From the NCBI GenBank assembly GCA_040902515.1, contig JBBDXB010000006.1, positions 574,017-638,016 of the forward strand: a stretch of 64,000 nt of DNA. Reading direction: 5' to 3'. Both the position numbers and the translations under genes were made by a program. Within the stretch, counting starts at the first letter, position 1. Each line of letters starts with the position of its first letter. Below are positions 30,397-40,090 of the stretch, piece after piece. Source of the stretch: Patescibacteria group bacterium. Lineage in GTDB: Bacteria; Patescibacteriota; SICC01. Under the pieces are notes generated by a model. It did not search any database. It saw only the letters and a program-made list of their open reading frames with translations, and was not told where the DNA came from.

Positions 30397-31587
30397 ATGG
30401 CGGAGCGGACGGAGCGATTGTTGCAAATCGGCGCGGGGAACATCGGCCGCGGACTGGTAGGATCCCTGGCGCACGATGCCGGCATGGAGCTTACGCTGGC
30501 GGACGTAAACCCGGACGTGATCGGCCGGCTCAACGCCGAACGGGAATATCAGGTGGTCACCGTGTCGTCCGAAGGGACGGCCGAGCAAGTGGTGGACGGC
30601 GTGCAGGCGGTGGATGTCCGGGACCGCGACGCGTTCACCAAAGCGGTCGTCGAGGCGGACGTGATCACGACGGCGGTCGGTCCCGGCGTGCTCCCGAAGC
30701 TCGGGCCGGAACTCGGCGCGGCACTGACGGAGCGGCTGCGCCGCCGCCCGGGTGCCGACATGCACGTGGTGGTGGTCGCCTGCGAGAACATCGTGGACAA
30801 TACTGACCGCCTCAAAGAGGCGGTGCTTGGTAGCGTGCCGGATGAAACGGCGAGGCAGATGGAAGACCTGGTCAGCTTCCCGAATTGCACCGTCGACCGG
30901 ATCGTCCCCGAACACCAAGCCTCGGACGAGCCGCTCGCGGTTACCGTGGAGGACTACTACCACTGGGCCGTCGACGCGGAGGCGCTCAAGCAGCCCATGG
31001 CGCACATACCTGGGCTCGTCCTCTCCCACGACCTGGAATCGCTCCAGGAGCAGAAACTCTTCACGTTGAACACCGCGCACGCACTCACCGCTTACTTCGG
31101 TGAACGAGCCGGTTATGAGTATGTCCACGAGGCGATCCAAGATCCACAGATCCGCAGCCAGGTCATGGGCGCGATGAGGGAGATCGGACCGGTGATCACC
31201 GGACGGTACGAGGCCATTACGGCCATCGATCAACGGGCGTACGCCGAGCGGACCCTGGACCGTTTCGCGAACCCGCATCTCCAGGACAGCCTGCGCCGGG
31301 TCGGGCGCGATCCGATCCGCAAGCTTGGTCGGAGCGACCGGTTGGTGCGACCGGCGGTACTCAGCCTTTCCGCGGGAGAGACCCCCGCCCATCTGGCCAG
31401 CGGCATCCATGCCGCTCTCACGTACCGCAATCCGGACGATCCGCAAGCCGCCGCGCTGGCCCAGCGGCTCGCCGACGAATCGGTCGAAAGCATCCTGGTC
31501 GACGTCAGCGAGCTCGAAGGGGGGCACCCCGTCGTCAGCATGGTGCGGGCATCGGTCGGGCTTGAACGGCTAAGCAAGGCGGCCTAG
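30397..31587 (+). CDS. mtlD: Mannitol-1-phosphate 5-dehydrogenase
   Basis: GAGNIGRG, ITTAVG, ACEN, VDRIVP, KLFTLNTAHA, RVGRDPIRKL. Confidence 0.92.
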   Translation: MAERTERLLQIGAGNIGRGLVGSLAHDAGMELTLADVNPDVIGRLNAEREYQVVTVSSEGTAEQVVDGVQAVDVRDRDAFTKAVVEADVITTAVGPGVLPKLGPELGAALTERLRRRPGADMHVVVVACENIVDNTDRLKEAVLGSVPDETARQMEDLVSFPNCTVDRIVPEHQASDEPLAVTVEDYYHWAVDAEALKQPMAHIPGLVLSHDLESLQEQKLFTLNTAHALTAYFGERAGYEYVHEAIQDPQIRSQVMGAMREIGPVITGRYEAITAIDQRAYAERTLDRFANPHLQDSLRRVGRDPIRKLGRSDRLVRPAVLSLSAGETPAHLASGIHAALTYRNPDDPQAAALAQRLADESVESILVDVSELEGGHPVVSMVRASVGLERLSKAA

Positions 31588-31589
31588 TC

Positions 31590-33635
31590 ATGCGCAAGGT
31601 CGTCTCCTATCGCCGGAAATCGTACCCGTTCAAGCTGATGTTCGTGTTCTTGGCGCTGGCGCTGGTCGTGCCGTGGCTCACCCTGACCGGCCTCGCCGAG
31701 GCGGGCGGGCCGTTCTTCAAACTGCCGTCGAAGGAGAACTTCCATCCGACCCAGACCGTCTTCTATGATCGTCACGGCGAGAAGCTGTACCAGACCGCCG
31801 GGGCGCACCAACCGATCCCGGTGAAGCTCTCGGAGCTGCCGCGGAGCATCGTGCTGGCGACGCTGGCCGGCGAGGATGCCGATTTCTACGCCCACCGCGG
31901 CATCGACCCGCCGGCGCTGGGCCGGGCGCTCTACAAGACGCTGATCTCCAACGAGCCGCAGGGCGGCTCCACGATCACCCAGCAGCTGATCAAGAACACG
32001 TACCTGACGCCGGAACGGACCACCAGCCGGAAGCTCCGGGAGATGACGTATGCCGTCGTGCTTGAGCAGCGCTACACCAAGGATCAGATCCTCGAGCGGT
32101 ACCTCAACGAAGTGTACTACGGCCAGCAGAGCTACGGGATCGGGGACGCGGCCCGGACGTACTTCGGCAAGGACGTCTCGGAACTCACGCTGGGCGAGGC
32201 CGCGATGCTGGCCGGTCTGCCGAGCGCGCCGTCGGTCTACTCGCCGCTCGGCGGCAGGGCCGACCTTGCCAAGCAGCGCCAGAAGTACGTCCTCGACCAG
32301 ATGCAGAAACAGGGGTACATCACCCAAGAGCAGGCGGACGCCGCGTTCGACCAGGAGCTTGCCTATGCGCAGGAGGAGCAGGTCTTCCATGCTCCGCACT
32401 TCGTCTTCTACGTGAAGCAGCAACTGGCGCAATACTACGGTGAGAGCACCGTGGATTCCGGCGGCCTTAAGGTCCATACCACGCTGGACCTGGCGACCCA
32501 GCGGGCGGCGGAGGAGGAGGTCCGGCGGGGCGTCGACGGCGCCCGTCCGTACGGGGCGACCAACGGGGCGGCGGTGGTGATGGACCCGCGTTCCGGGGAG
32601 GTCCTGTCACTGGTCGGCAGTAAGGACTTCTCCGATGATTCGATCGACGGAAAGGTGAACGTGGCGACCTCGTCCCGGCAGCCCGGTTCGTCGTTCAAGC
32701 CGATCGTGTACCTGGAGGCGCTCCGGCAGGGGAAAACGGCGAGCCACGTGCTCCGGGACCGCCCGACCACGTTCGGCGGGTCATTCACGCCCCGTAACTA
32801 CGATGGCCGTTTCCGGGGCGACGTGACCATGCGCTATGCGCTCGCGAGCTCGCTGAACATCCCGGCGGTACAGTTGCTGGAACAAGTCGGCGTGGGGCCG
32901 GTGCTGGACCTGGCGCATCAGCTCGGCATTTCCACGCTGAACGAACCCGACCGTTACGGACTCTCCTTGGTACTCGGCGGCGGCGAGGTGAAACTGATCG
33001 ACATGACCGGGGCGTACTCCGTTCTGGCGGCGAACGGCGAGACGCCCGGCCGGGCCACCGTGACCAAGGTCGAGGGACCGCGCGGCGAGGTGCTCTACGA
33101 GCGCCAGCCGAAGAAGGAGCAGGTCGTCGATCCGGCGCACGCGTTCATCATCTCCAAGTGGCTTTCCGACCCGCGTGCCCGCGCGCCGGGATTCGGGACG
33201 GGTAGCGCACTCGACTTCCCGCGTCCGGCCGCGGTGAAGACCGGTACCACCAACAACTACAAGGACAACTGGACGATCGGATATACGCCCCAGCGGGTGG
33301 TCGGCGTGTGGGTCGGCAATTCGGACGGTACGCCGATGGACGGGATCTCCGGTTCGCAAGGCGCCGCCCCGATTTGGAACGCGCTGCTGACCCGGCTGGT
33401 TCGCGGCATGCCGGTGCAGGACTTCAAGCGGCCGGATAATGTGGATGAAGGGCGGGCGGGCGTCTACGCGCTTGGCGGCGGGTCACTTGAGTACTTCGTG
33501 GAGGGATCCACCAGCGCGGGACAGGATGTGCCCGAAGGGACGATCGAGCAGCAGCAGGCGCCGCCGCCGGTGAACGGCCAATACCCGTACTACTACATCG
33601 ACCGGAACGGCCAGCGGCACTGGTACTACCAGTAG
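31590..33635 (+). CDS. Class A penicillin-binding protein (PBP1A family)
   Basis: EDADFYAHRG, GGSTITQQLIKN, RQPGSSFKP, SLN, KTGT. Confidence 0.94.
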   Translation: MRKVVSYRRKSYPFKLMFVFLALALVVPWLTLTGLAEAGGPFFKLPSKENFHPTQTVFYDRHGEKLYQTAGAHQPIPVKLSELPRSIVLATLAGEDADFYAHRGIDPPALGRALYKTLISNEPQGGSTITQQLIKNTYLTPERTTSRKLREMTYAVVLEQRYTKDQILERYLNEVYYGQQSYGIGDAARTYFGKDVSELTLGEAAMLAGLPSAPSVYSPLGGRADLAKQRQKYVLDQMQKQGYITQEQADAAFDQELAYAQEEQVFHAPHFVFYVKQQLAQYYGESTVDSGGLKVHTTLDLATQRAAEEEVRRGVDGARPYGATNGAAVVMDPRSGEVLSLVGSKDFSDDSIDGKVNVATSSRQPGSSFKPIVYLEALRQGKTASHVLRDRPTTFGGSFTPRNYDGRFRGDVTMRYALASSLNIPAVQLLEQVGVGPVLDLAHQLGISTLNEPDRYGLSLVLGGGEVKLIDMTGAYSVLAANGETPGRATVTKVEGPRGEVLYERQPKKEQVVDPAHAFIISKWLSDPRARAPGFGTGSALDFPRPAAVKTGTTNNYKDNWTIGYTPQRVVGVWVGNSDGTPMDGISGSQGAAPIWNALLTRLVRGMPVQDFKRPDNVDEGRAGVYALGGGSLEYFVEGSTSAGQDVPEGTIEQQQAPPPVNGQYPYYYIDRNGQRHWYYQ

Positions 33636-33735
33636 GGCCCGCGTCCGGGAGTAATCGCCGCTCGCTTGAGGCGGGGTAGTCCCGCTGCTACGCTAACCCG
33701 TTGCAGCGGCCATTGCTGCGCCTTGCTCCAAGGCG

Positions 33736-33764
33736 TTGACTTTTTACCTGAATAATGCTATAAT
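33736..33764 (+). promoter_or_regulatory. sigma70-type promoter
   Basis: TTGACT-17 bp-TATAAT upstream of ATG 33782. Confidence 0.7.
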
Positions 33765-33781
33765 TTCTCGATTCGCTGGAT

Positions 33782-35023
33782 ATGAGTGACCAACACCACA
33801 AAGCCAAGATCCGTAACGCCCAAGCGCGCCATCAGTCGCAGCTGTTCGGCGATGCCGCGCAGAAGCCGTCTTCCCAGGCGGCCGATACGCAGGCGCAGCA
33901 ACGTGCGGGCCACCTGACGGAAGCGGCCCGTGCTAAGGAACGGCGCCTCTCGCAAGCCGAAGAAGCGCGGTTGGCGGCACTGCGGAAACGTAACGAAGCG
34001 GCCCGGCGCAGCCATCAGACGCAGGTACCGTCGGGGCATGCTCCCGATGTGCCTGCCCAGGCGTCGCAGCCTCAATCGAAGCCGCAGGCACGCCCCGAAT
34101 CTCACGATACGCAGCCGTCTCAGCCGGCGATGCCCCGGCGCGCACCCGCTCATCCGTTACGTCAGGTAGCCGAACGGAGCGATATGGCCGCAGCGGCGCT
34201 TGAGAACATGGAGAAGCACTTGCGGGAGCAATCCCAGCAGCCCCCGGCGCCCCAACCGCCGCAGTCCCCACCGGCACCTGCTGAACCGCGGCCGCAACCA
34301 CAGCCACCGCGCCCGGCGCCGCCACAGCCACCGGAACCGGAACCGGAGCCAGAACAGCCTCCTCGGCCGCAACAACCGCCGCAACCGCAACCCCAGCCGG
34401 CCGCACCCCCGCCCCCCCAAGGCCGTGACCGGCCGGCCCCGTCCGGCCAGCCTCGCCCGGCCCGCCGGGCACCTAGTCCGGAGGAGCTCGACCGTCTGCT
34501 CCGGCAGATGGCAGCCCGCAGCCGCACCCGCCCCGGGGCCGGTGCGCAGCAGCCGCGCCCGCCGATGTCTCCGCGCGGCATGTCCGGCGCTCCCGAGGGG
34601 AATCCGGACGCTGCTCCCGTCGAAGCTCCGCCTCCGCCGCCCGAGCTGGTCGAGCAGGAAGCGCGACAGGTCGAGAAGTCCGCGGAAATCCTGAAAGAGC
34701 TCAAGGCCCGCGAAGTCCAGGCGCAGCAGGACATCACGCCGATTCCGCAGGCCGACCAGACCCGGGCCCGGGAAGAAGCCGTCGAGGCGAACCTCCCGAT
34801 CCGTACCCAGGCGAACTCGATCGCCTCGGGGCCGCTCCATGACGCGATCGAGCAGCTTCAGGTGGCGATGCGCGCCCATGACCCGGTCGGACAAGTCCAT
34901 GGGGCGAACTCCGTCCAGCGTCAGATGCCGCACCATCCGCTCTATGATCCCGAGGCTGCCAAACCGGACGCCGCGCCGTCGGACACGCCGCCGGGTGATG
35001 CACCGCAGGAGGGGAAGCAATGA
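33782..35023 (+). CDS. Pro/Gln-rich, largely disordered hypothetical protein
   Basis: Strong promoter upstream; stop overlaps start (ATGA) of the next ATPase gene. Confidence 0.7.
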   Translation: MSDQHHKAKIRNAQARHQSQLFGDAAQKPSSQAADTQAQQRAGHLTEAARAKERRLSQAEEARLAALRKRNEAARRSHQTQVPSGHAPDVPAQASQPQSKPQARPESHDTQPSQPAMPRRAPAHPLRQVAERSDMAAAALENMEKHLREQSQQPPAPQPPQSPPAPAEPRPQPQPPRPAPPQPPEPEPEPEQPPRPQQPPQPQPQPAAPPPPQGRDRPAPSGQPRPARRAPSPEELDRLLRQMAARSRTRPGAGAQQPRPPMSPRGMSGAPEGNPDAAPVEAPPPPPELVEQEARQVEKSAEILKELKAREVQAQQDITPIPQADQTRAREEAVEANLPIRTQANSIASGPLHDAIEQLQVAMRAHDPVGQVHGANSVQRQMPHHPLYDPEAAKPDAAPSDTPPGDAPQEGKQ

Positions 35024-37437
35024 ACCCCAACTTGCCGGCGCGTGCCCAGCGCATGCTCGACCAGCTCTCCAAGGGCGACAAGAAGGTCGTCAAGAAGCTG
35101 GAGCGGGTACTGCTGGAGGTCCGGGTGCCGCGGCACCGGCCGAAGGAAGGTGAGCGGCAGCAGGAACTCAAGGAGCAGCTCGGCGTGGCGGAGCAGCTCT
35201 TCGCCTCGCTCCATTCGATCTACCGCGGCGGCATGACTTCCCAGCTCTTCGAACAAGACGCGATCAGTTTCGAGGTCGCCGCGCCGGGCGGCGAGATCGG
35301 CTTCTTCGTAGGCGTGCCGCTGCATCTCCAGAGCCTGGTGGAGAAGCAGATTCACGCCTACTATCCGGACGCCGAGATCACCCCGGTGCCGCTCTACAAC
35401 ATATTCGCGCGGCAGGGCTTCGTGGCGGCGACCTCACTGGCGCAGCGGAAGCAAGCCCGCTATCCGATCAAGACCTATCAGGACTTCGAAGCCGACCCGA
35501 TGGCCGGCATCGTGGGATCGCTCGCCAAGCTCGGTCCCGACGAAGGCGCGGCAATCCAGATCATGATCGCTCCGACCGGTCACCGCTGGCGGAAACAAGC
35601 GCAGTCCTACGCCCGGCAGTACGCCCAGGGGAAGTCGGGTACCGGCGGCTCGGCCTCGGGCAAGGTCTTCGGCGGCATCTTCAAGTTCGGCGGCGACCTG
35701 CTCTCCGCGGCGACGACTGATCCCAAGCAGGATGCCCAGAAGCCGGCGCAGGGCTCCGACGAACCGCGGAAGCTGACCCAAATCGAGGAGCAGATGGTCG
35801 AGAAGATCGAGACCAAGGCCGGCTCGCCGGGCTTCGAGGTGGTGATCCGGATCGTTTCCGCCGCCGCCGACAAGGGTGTCGCGGAACTCAACCTCCAGCA
35901 CCTTACCCGGTCGTTCCAGCAGTACGACGCGCCCGACCTCAACGGGTTCAAGGAGATCGTCTCGCCGGTGGCCTCGCAGGCGCGGTTGGTCACCCGGTAC
36001 GTCTTCCGTGAGCTTTCCGGAGCGGGGAAGAAGATGATCCTCGGTCCGGCGGAGCTGGCCTCGATCTGGCACCCGCCGAGCGAGGGCATCGAGACGCCGC
36101 ACGTCCGCTGGCTCGGTGCCAAGACCGCCGCGCCGCCGAGCAACATGCCGCGCGACGGCCTGCTGCTCGGCTACAACCAGTACCGTGGCCAGGCCACCGA
36201 CGTCCGTCTCAAGGAAGACGACCGCCGCCGTCACATGTACGCCGTCGGTAAGACGGGCATGGGTAAGTCGGTGTTCCTCGAGAACATGATCCTGCAGGAC
36301 ATCCGTGCCGGCCGGGGCGTGGCGGTGATCGACCCGCACGGCGACCTCGCCGAGAAGGTCCTCAGCAAGGTTCCGCGCGAGCGGGCCGAGGACGTGGTCT
36401 ACTTCGACCCCGGCGACGCGGAACGGCCGATGGCCTTCAACATGCTCGACTATGCCACGCCGGAGCAGAAGGACTTCGTGGTACAGGAGACCGTGGGCAT
36501 CTTCTACAAGCTCTTCGGCGAAGAGATGATCGGGCCGAAGTTCGAGCACTGGACGCGGAACGGCATCCTGACCCTGATGGAGGACAAGGAGACCGGCGCG
36601 GTGCTCTTCGACCTGCCGCGGCTCTTCTCCGAGCGCGAGTTCGCCGCCCAGAAGATCGCCAAGGTGAAGGATCCGGTCGTGAAGTCCTTCTGGCAGCGTG
36701 AGATGGCCCAGACCTCCGACTTCCATAAGTCGGAGATGCTCGGCTACTTCATCTCCAAGTTCGGCCGGTTCATCACCAACGAGATGATGCGGAACATCAT
36801 CGGCCAACCGAAGTCCGCGTTCGACATCCGGCAGGTGATGGACGAGGGCAAGATCCTGATCATGAACCTCGGCAAGGGCCGGGTCGGCGAGATCAACTCA
36901 TCGCTGCTCGGCATGATCGCGGTCAGTAAGATCCAGATGGCGGCGATGAGCCGGGTGGACACGCCGGAGCACAAGCGGAAGGATTTCTACCTCTACGTCG
37001 ACGAGTTCCAGAACCTCACCAACGAGGAGTCGATCCAGTCGATCCTCTCCGAGGCGCGGAAGTACCGCCTGAACCTGACGATCGCCCACCAGTACATCGC
37101 CCAGCTCGACGAAAAGGTCCGCGACGCGGTGTTCGGGAACGTCGGGACGGCGGTGAGCTTCCGGGTCGGCGCGGACGATGCCGAGTACCTCGAGAAGCAG
37201 TTCGAGCCGGTGTTCGACGCCCACGACCTCCTGAACCTCGACAAAGCCAACTGCTACGCCAAGCTGGTGATCGACGGGCTCTCCACCCGGGCGTTCAACA
37301 TGAAGACCTACTCGCCGGAGCCGGTGACGCAGGAGGATGCCGAGATCGGCGAGGCGATCCGGAAGCTCTCGCGGCTCAAGTATGGACGCGACAAACAGCT
37401 GGTCGATTACGAGATCCGGATGCGGAGCAACCTGTGA
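35020..37437 (+). CDS. VirD4/TraG/TrwB-like (type IV coupling-protein-like) ATPase
   Basis: RRRHMYAVGKTGMGKS Walker A, VIDPHGDL, LYVDEFQN Walker B, SEARKYRL, AHQYIAQL. Confidence 0.88.
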   Translation: MNPNLPARAQRMLDQLSKGDKKVVKKLERVLLEVRVPRHRPKEGERQQELKEQLGVAEQLFASLHSIYRGGMTSQLFEQDAISFEVAAPGGEIGFFVGVPLHLQSLVEKQIHAYYPDAEITPVPLYNIFARQGFVAATSLAQRKQARYPIKTYQDFEADPMAGIVGSLAKLGPDEGAAIQIMIAPTGHRWRKQAQSYARQYAQGKSGTGGSASGKVFGGIFKFGGDLLSAATTDPKQDAQKPAQGSDEPRKLTQIEEQMVEKIETKAGSPGFEVVIRIVSAAADKGVAELNLQHLTRSFQQYDAPDLNGFKEIVSPVASQARLVTRYVFRELSGAGKKMILGPAELASIWHPPSEGIETPHVRWLGAKTAAPPSNMPRDGLLLGYNQYRGQATDVRLKEDDRRRHMYAVGKTGMGKSVFLENMILQDIRAGRGVAVIDPHGDLAEKVLSKVPRERAEDVVYFDPGDAERPMAFNMLDYATPEQKDFVVQETVGIFYKLFGEEMIGPKFEHWTRNGILTLMEDKETGAVLFDLPRLFSEREFAAQKIAKVKDPVVKSFWQREMAQTSDFHKSEMLGYFISKFGRFITNEMMRNIIGQPKSAFDIRQVMDEGKILIMNLGKGRVGEINSSLLGMIAVSKIQMAAMSRVDTPEHKRKDFYLYVDEFQNLTNEESIQSILSEARKYRLNLTIAHQYIAQLDEKVRDAVFGNVGTAVSFRVGADDAEYLEKQFEPVFDAHDLLNLDKANCYAKLVIDGLSTRAFNMKTYSPEPVTQEDAEIGEAIRKLSRLKYGRDKQLVDYEIRMRSNL

Positions 37438-37513
37438 CCGTCGCGCCCGAAGGACCGTTTATGGTGAGTATACCCGCATGACACGTACACGCCTAGGGGC
37501 TATAATACGGCGT

Positions 37514-37942
37514 ATGACTGACGTAAGAGATATGTACAAGTTCGTCCAGTACGTTGACTCGGACGAATACAATCCTGACCCAAAACAGTTCAAGGAACCG
37601 CACGAAGCTGAGCAATACTGTGCAAAGCACTACGCAGAGAAGTTGGGGATTACGCAGTACGAAGCTACGAAAATTCTTAACAATGCCACGATCGAGAGTC
37701 GCCAGTATGCAAAGGTAATCGGCGATGATCCGCGAGGGTACAAGCTGGAGATAACTGTTGGTCCTGGCAGAACTGGCGTTCACCTTATATCAAAGACGTT
37801 TGGAATTCCGTTAGGTTTGTGGGACGAAATCCAAAAAGAATACGACACTACTACGAGAACGATTGTGAGTCTTGTTGTGGGATTACTAGGCGGCGGCAGC
37901 TTCGCTACACTCGTCATCTTTGCTTTCTCGATATTCAACTAG
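37514..37942 (+). CDS. Passenger hypothetical protein with C-terminal TM helix
   Basis: ATGACA-17-TATAAT promoter starting within the left TIR; C-terminal hydrophobic helix. Confidence 0.7.
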   Translation: MTDVRDMYKFVQYVDSDEYNPDPKQFKEPHEAEQYCAKHYAEKLGITQYEATKILNNATIESRQYAKVIGDDPRGYKLEITVGPGRTGVHLISKTFGIPLGLWDEIQKEYDTTTRTIVSLVVGLLGGGSFATLVIFAFSIFN

Positions 37943-37945
37943 CGA

Positions 37946-38485
37946 ATGCCTAGCTCGGTTGGTACGATAACTCCGCTAATGCCTAAGAAGAAGCCAGCCA
38001 CAGAAAAAGAGAAGACTATCATCGGGGCGGTTATCCTTGTGGTGATCTTCGTAGTAGGTACAACGGCCTGCACAGGAGTAAGCAACGATGAAAGCGATAC
38101 GAACGACACGGCAAACAATCAGACCAGTGAACCTACTAAAGAACCCCAGAAAAACGAAGAGTCTTTAGTCGATAAGGTCGAGGCAGCATTGGATAAATTG
38201 GGCGAAGGTATGAAACGCGAGCTGGCTTCAACGAGTCCTGACGGCTATCAAGGCGACATAACCAGCGTTGAACCAGCCATAGGCGATGATACCGTTAAGG
38301 TTAATGTATCGACTCGCTTTGAGGACTCAGGCGATGGAATTGATGGTGGGCAAGGCATAGCTCGCAGGATATTCAGCAATATCTGTCTTGATGTTCCAGA
38401 GCTTGGAAGTCTGTATGTAGTAAGCGGCTCTGGATTGGAAAGTAAGTCCGTATATCGCAGTCAAATACCTGGCTGTAAGCAGTAG
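37946..38485 (+). CDS. Passenger membrane-anchored/lipoprotein-like hypothetical protein
   Basis: Basic N-terminus + hydrophobic helix ending TTAC, then acidic linker; start may be 37979. Confidence 0.7.
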   Translation: MPSSVGTITPLMPKKKPATEKEKTIIGAVILVVIFVVGTTACTGVSNDESDTNDTANNQTSEPTKEPQKNEESLVDKVEAALDKLGEGMKRELASTSPDGYQGDITSVEPAIGDDTVKVNVSTRFEDSGDGIDGGQGIARRIFSNICLDVPELGSLYVVSGSGLESKSVYRSQIPGCKQ

Positions 38486-38488
38486 TAT

Positions 38489-38659
38489 ATGAGTGTGGCA
38501 GAAAAAGAATCCAACTTCGACAAGCTGATTAAACTCGCTTCGCAGCCCGTTCAATCAGGACGGGGTAAACCAGCACGTTCCGGAGGTTATAGCGGAAAAC
38601 GAACTCGTCCACGTAAGTCTGCAGGTACTTCGGGGAAACGGCGTGGTACGTCCCGTTAA
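38489..38659 (+). CDS. Small basic ORF (56 aa) overlapping the transposase 3' end in antisense
   Basis: MSVAEKESNFDKLIKLASQPVQSGRGK...RRGTSR*; starts 3 nt after the upstream stop. Confidence 0.35.
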   Translation: MSVAEKESNFDKLIKLASQPVQSGRGKPARSGGYSGKRTRPRKSAGTSGKRRGTSR

Positions 38660-39374
38660 TCGACCGCTTTAGCTGGCTCCAAAATCCCTCAATCGAGTTC
38701 GTGTGGATATTCCCTCGGACGTATTCCTTTTCCACGTGCTTGATGATTTTCCGAGATACGGTGGTGCGCCGGTAAATCGCGCTTTCGTCCGTGTGGAGTT
38801 CCGCGTCGTCTGACACGCTGGCCTTGATGAACGGCGTGGCGTTCGTGACGTTCGCCTCGGCGACCCACGCCTTTGCCTTGCCCTTTCGTTCGGTAGCACC
38901 GATCACCGCCGTCTTGTTCGTCCACTTGTTAGCTTGTCCTTTAATCCGTCCGCCGATAAAGGTTTCATCGGCTTCAACGATACCGTCCAGCTTGTCGGCG
39001 TTCTGTTCCATGAGAAGCCTGACTTGTTTGGCGATCCGCCATGCGGTCTTGTATGTGCAACCTAGCTGGCGTTCCAGTTCCTTAGCCGATACCCCGTTCT
39101 TTGAAGTCGAGAACAGGTAGATAGCGTAGAACCAGTTTTTTAGTGGCGTGGCTGACTTGTGGAAAATAGTACCGGCCAACGGGTGCAGCTGATGACCGCA
39201 GTGCATACAGGAATACGCCTTACGCCCTTTCAGCTTGAAGAACTTGGTATCCACGACCCCGCAGCCAGGGCAGGACTTTAATGCCCCGTAGCGGTTCTGA
39301 AACACCTCGTCCAAGCACGCCTCATCTGAGGGATACTGCTTGTTGAAGTCGGCAATGGTGAATCGCTGTTTCAT
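38529..39374 (-). CDS. IS1595-family DDE transposase
   Basis: N-terminal CPGC...CMHC Zn ribbon, GVSAKELERQLG HTH, VEADETFIGG, HTDE, HTNSIEGFWSQLKR, YVDEFVFRYN. Confidence 0.95.
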   Translation of the reverse strand: MKQRFTIADFNKQYPSDEACLDEVFQNRYGALKSCPGCGVVDTKFFKLKGRKAYSCMHCGHQLHPLAGTIFHKSATPLKNWFYAIYLFSTSKNGVSAKELERQLGCTYKTAWRIAKQVRLLMEQNADKLDGIVEADETFIGGRIKGQANKWTNKTAVIGATERKGKAKAWVAEANVTNATPFIKASVSDDAELHTDESAIYRRTTVSRKIIKHVEKEYVRGNIHTNSIEGFWSQLKRSINGTYHAVSPKYLQTYVDEFVFRYNLRNVLVYPVLIERAAKRV

Positions 39375-39433
39375 ACTCCCAGCCTACACGAACGCATACG
39401 TGTTGTCAAGGGATAGTTACCCCGTTTATCCCC

Positions 39434-39462
39434 TTGACTTACAGTAAAAATAATGCTATAGT
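39434..39462 (+). promoter_or_regulatory. sigma70-type promoter
   Basis: TTGACT-17 bp-TATAGT. Confidence 0.6.
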
Positions 39463-39504
39463 GACTCGTTACTTTGCTCGATTCCGACACTGAAACCAAC
39501 CACC

Positions 39505-40074
39505 ATGCCTGAAGATACGAAACTCCAGACCGTCCGGCAGATGCTGGAAACCGCCGAACAGAACCTGGCTACCGCCAAGCGGATGCTCGCGGAGCTGACC
39601 GGCGAGGCTCCGGCGGCCACGCAGGAGCGGACCGCCGATTTCGGCGTCAAGGCGGAGCGGCTCTCGGTCTCGTCCGAAGGACGGGTCATCGAAGGCGTCT
39701 TCGACGGGAAGGACATGATCGGTCCGGACAAGCGGAAGTATCCGGTACCCGCGAACTACGCCAGCAAGTCGAAGCTCGTGGCCGGCGACGTGCTCAAGCT
39801 CACCGTCACCGACGACGGCAGTTACATCTACAAGCAGATCGGTCCCGTGCCCCGGAAGAAGATGGTCGGCACGCTGACCCAGCAGGGGAATCAGTACCAG
39901 GTCGTGGCCGGCGGCAAGACCTTCAATGTCCTGCTCGCTTCCGTGACCTACTTCAAGGCGCAACCGGGCGACCAGGTCTCCGTGATCGTACCGGAGAGTC
40001 AGGACGCCGAGTGGGCGGCGGTCGACAACCTGATCGTGACTCCCGCGTCTTCCCAGACCGACTCCGACGCTTGA
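39505..40074 (+). CDS. Hypothetical protein (N-terminal helix + beta-rich domains)
   Basis: GC-biased codon usage; VIEGVFDG...YPVPANYASKSKLVAGD; function not recognised. Confidence 0.8.
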   Translation: MPEDTKLQTVRQMLETAEQNLATAKRMLAELTGEAPAATQERTADFGVKAERLSVSSEGRVIEGVFDGKDMIGPDKRKYPVPANYASKSKLVAGDVLKLTVTDDGSYIYKQIGPVPRKKMVGTLTQQGNQYQVVAGGKTFNVLLASVTYFKAQPGDQVSVIVPESQDAEWAAVDNLIVTPASSQTDSDA

Positions 40075-40090
40075 TTCCATTCCGCCACGA

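Larger units (their letters stand above)
37463..39421. mobile_element. IS1595-family element with passenger genes (1959 bp)
   Basis: 8-bp TSD CCGTTTAT at 37455-37462 and 39422-39429; imperfect 25-bp TIRs GGTGAGTATACCCGCATGACACGTA vs GGTAACTATCCCTTGACAACACGTA (17/25); visibly lower GC. Confidence 0.9.
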
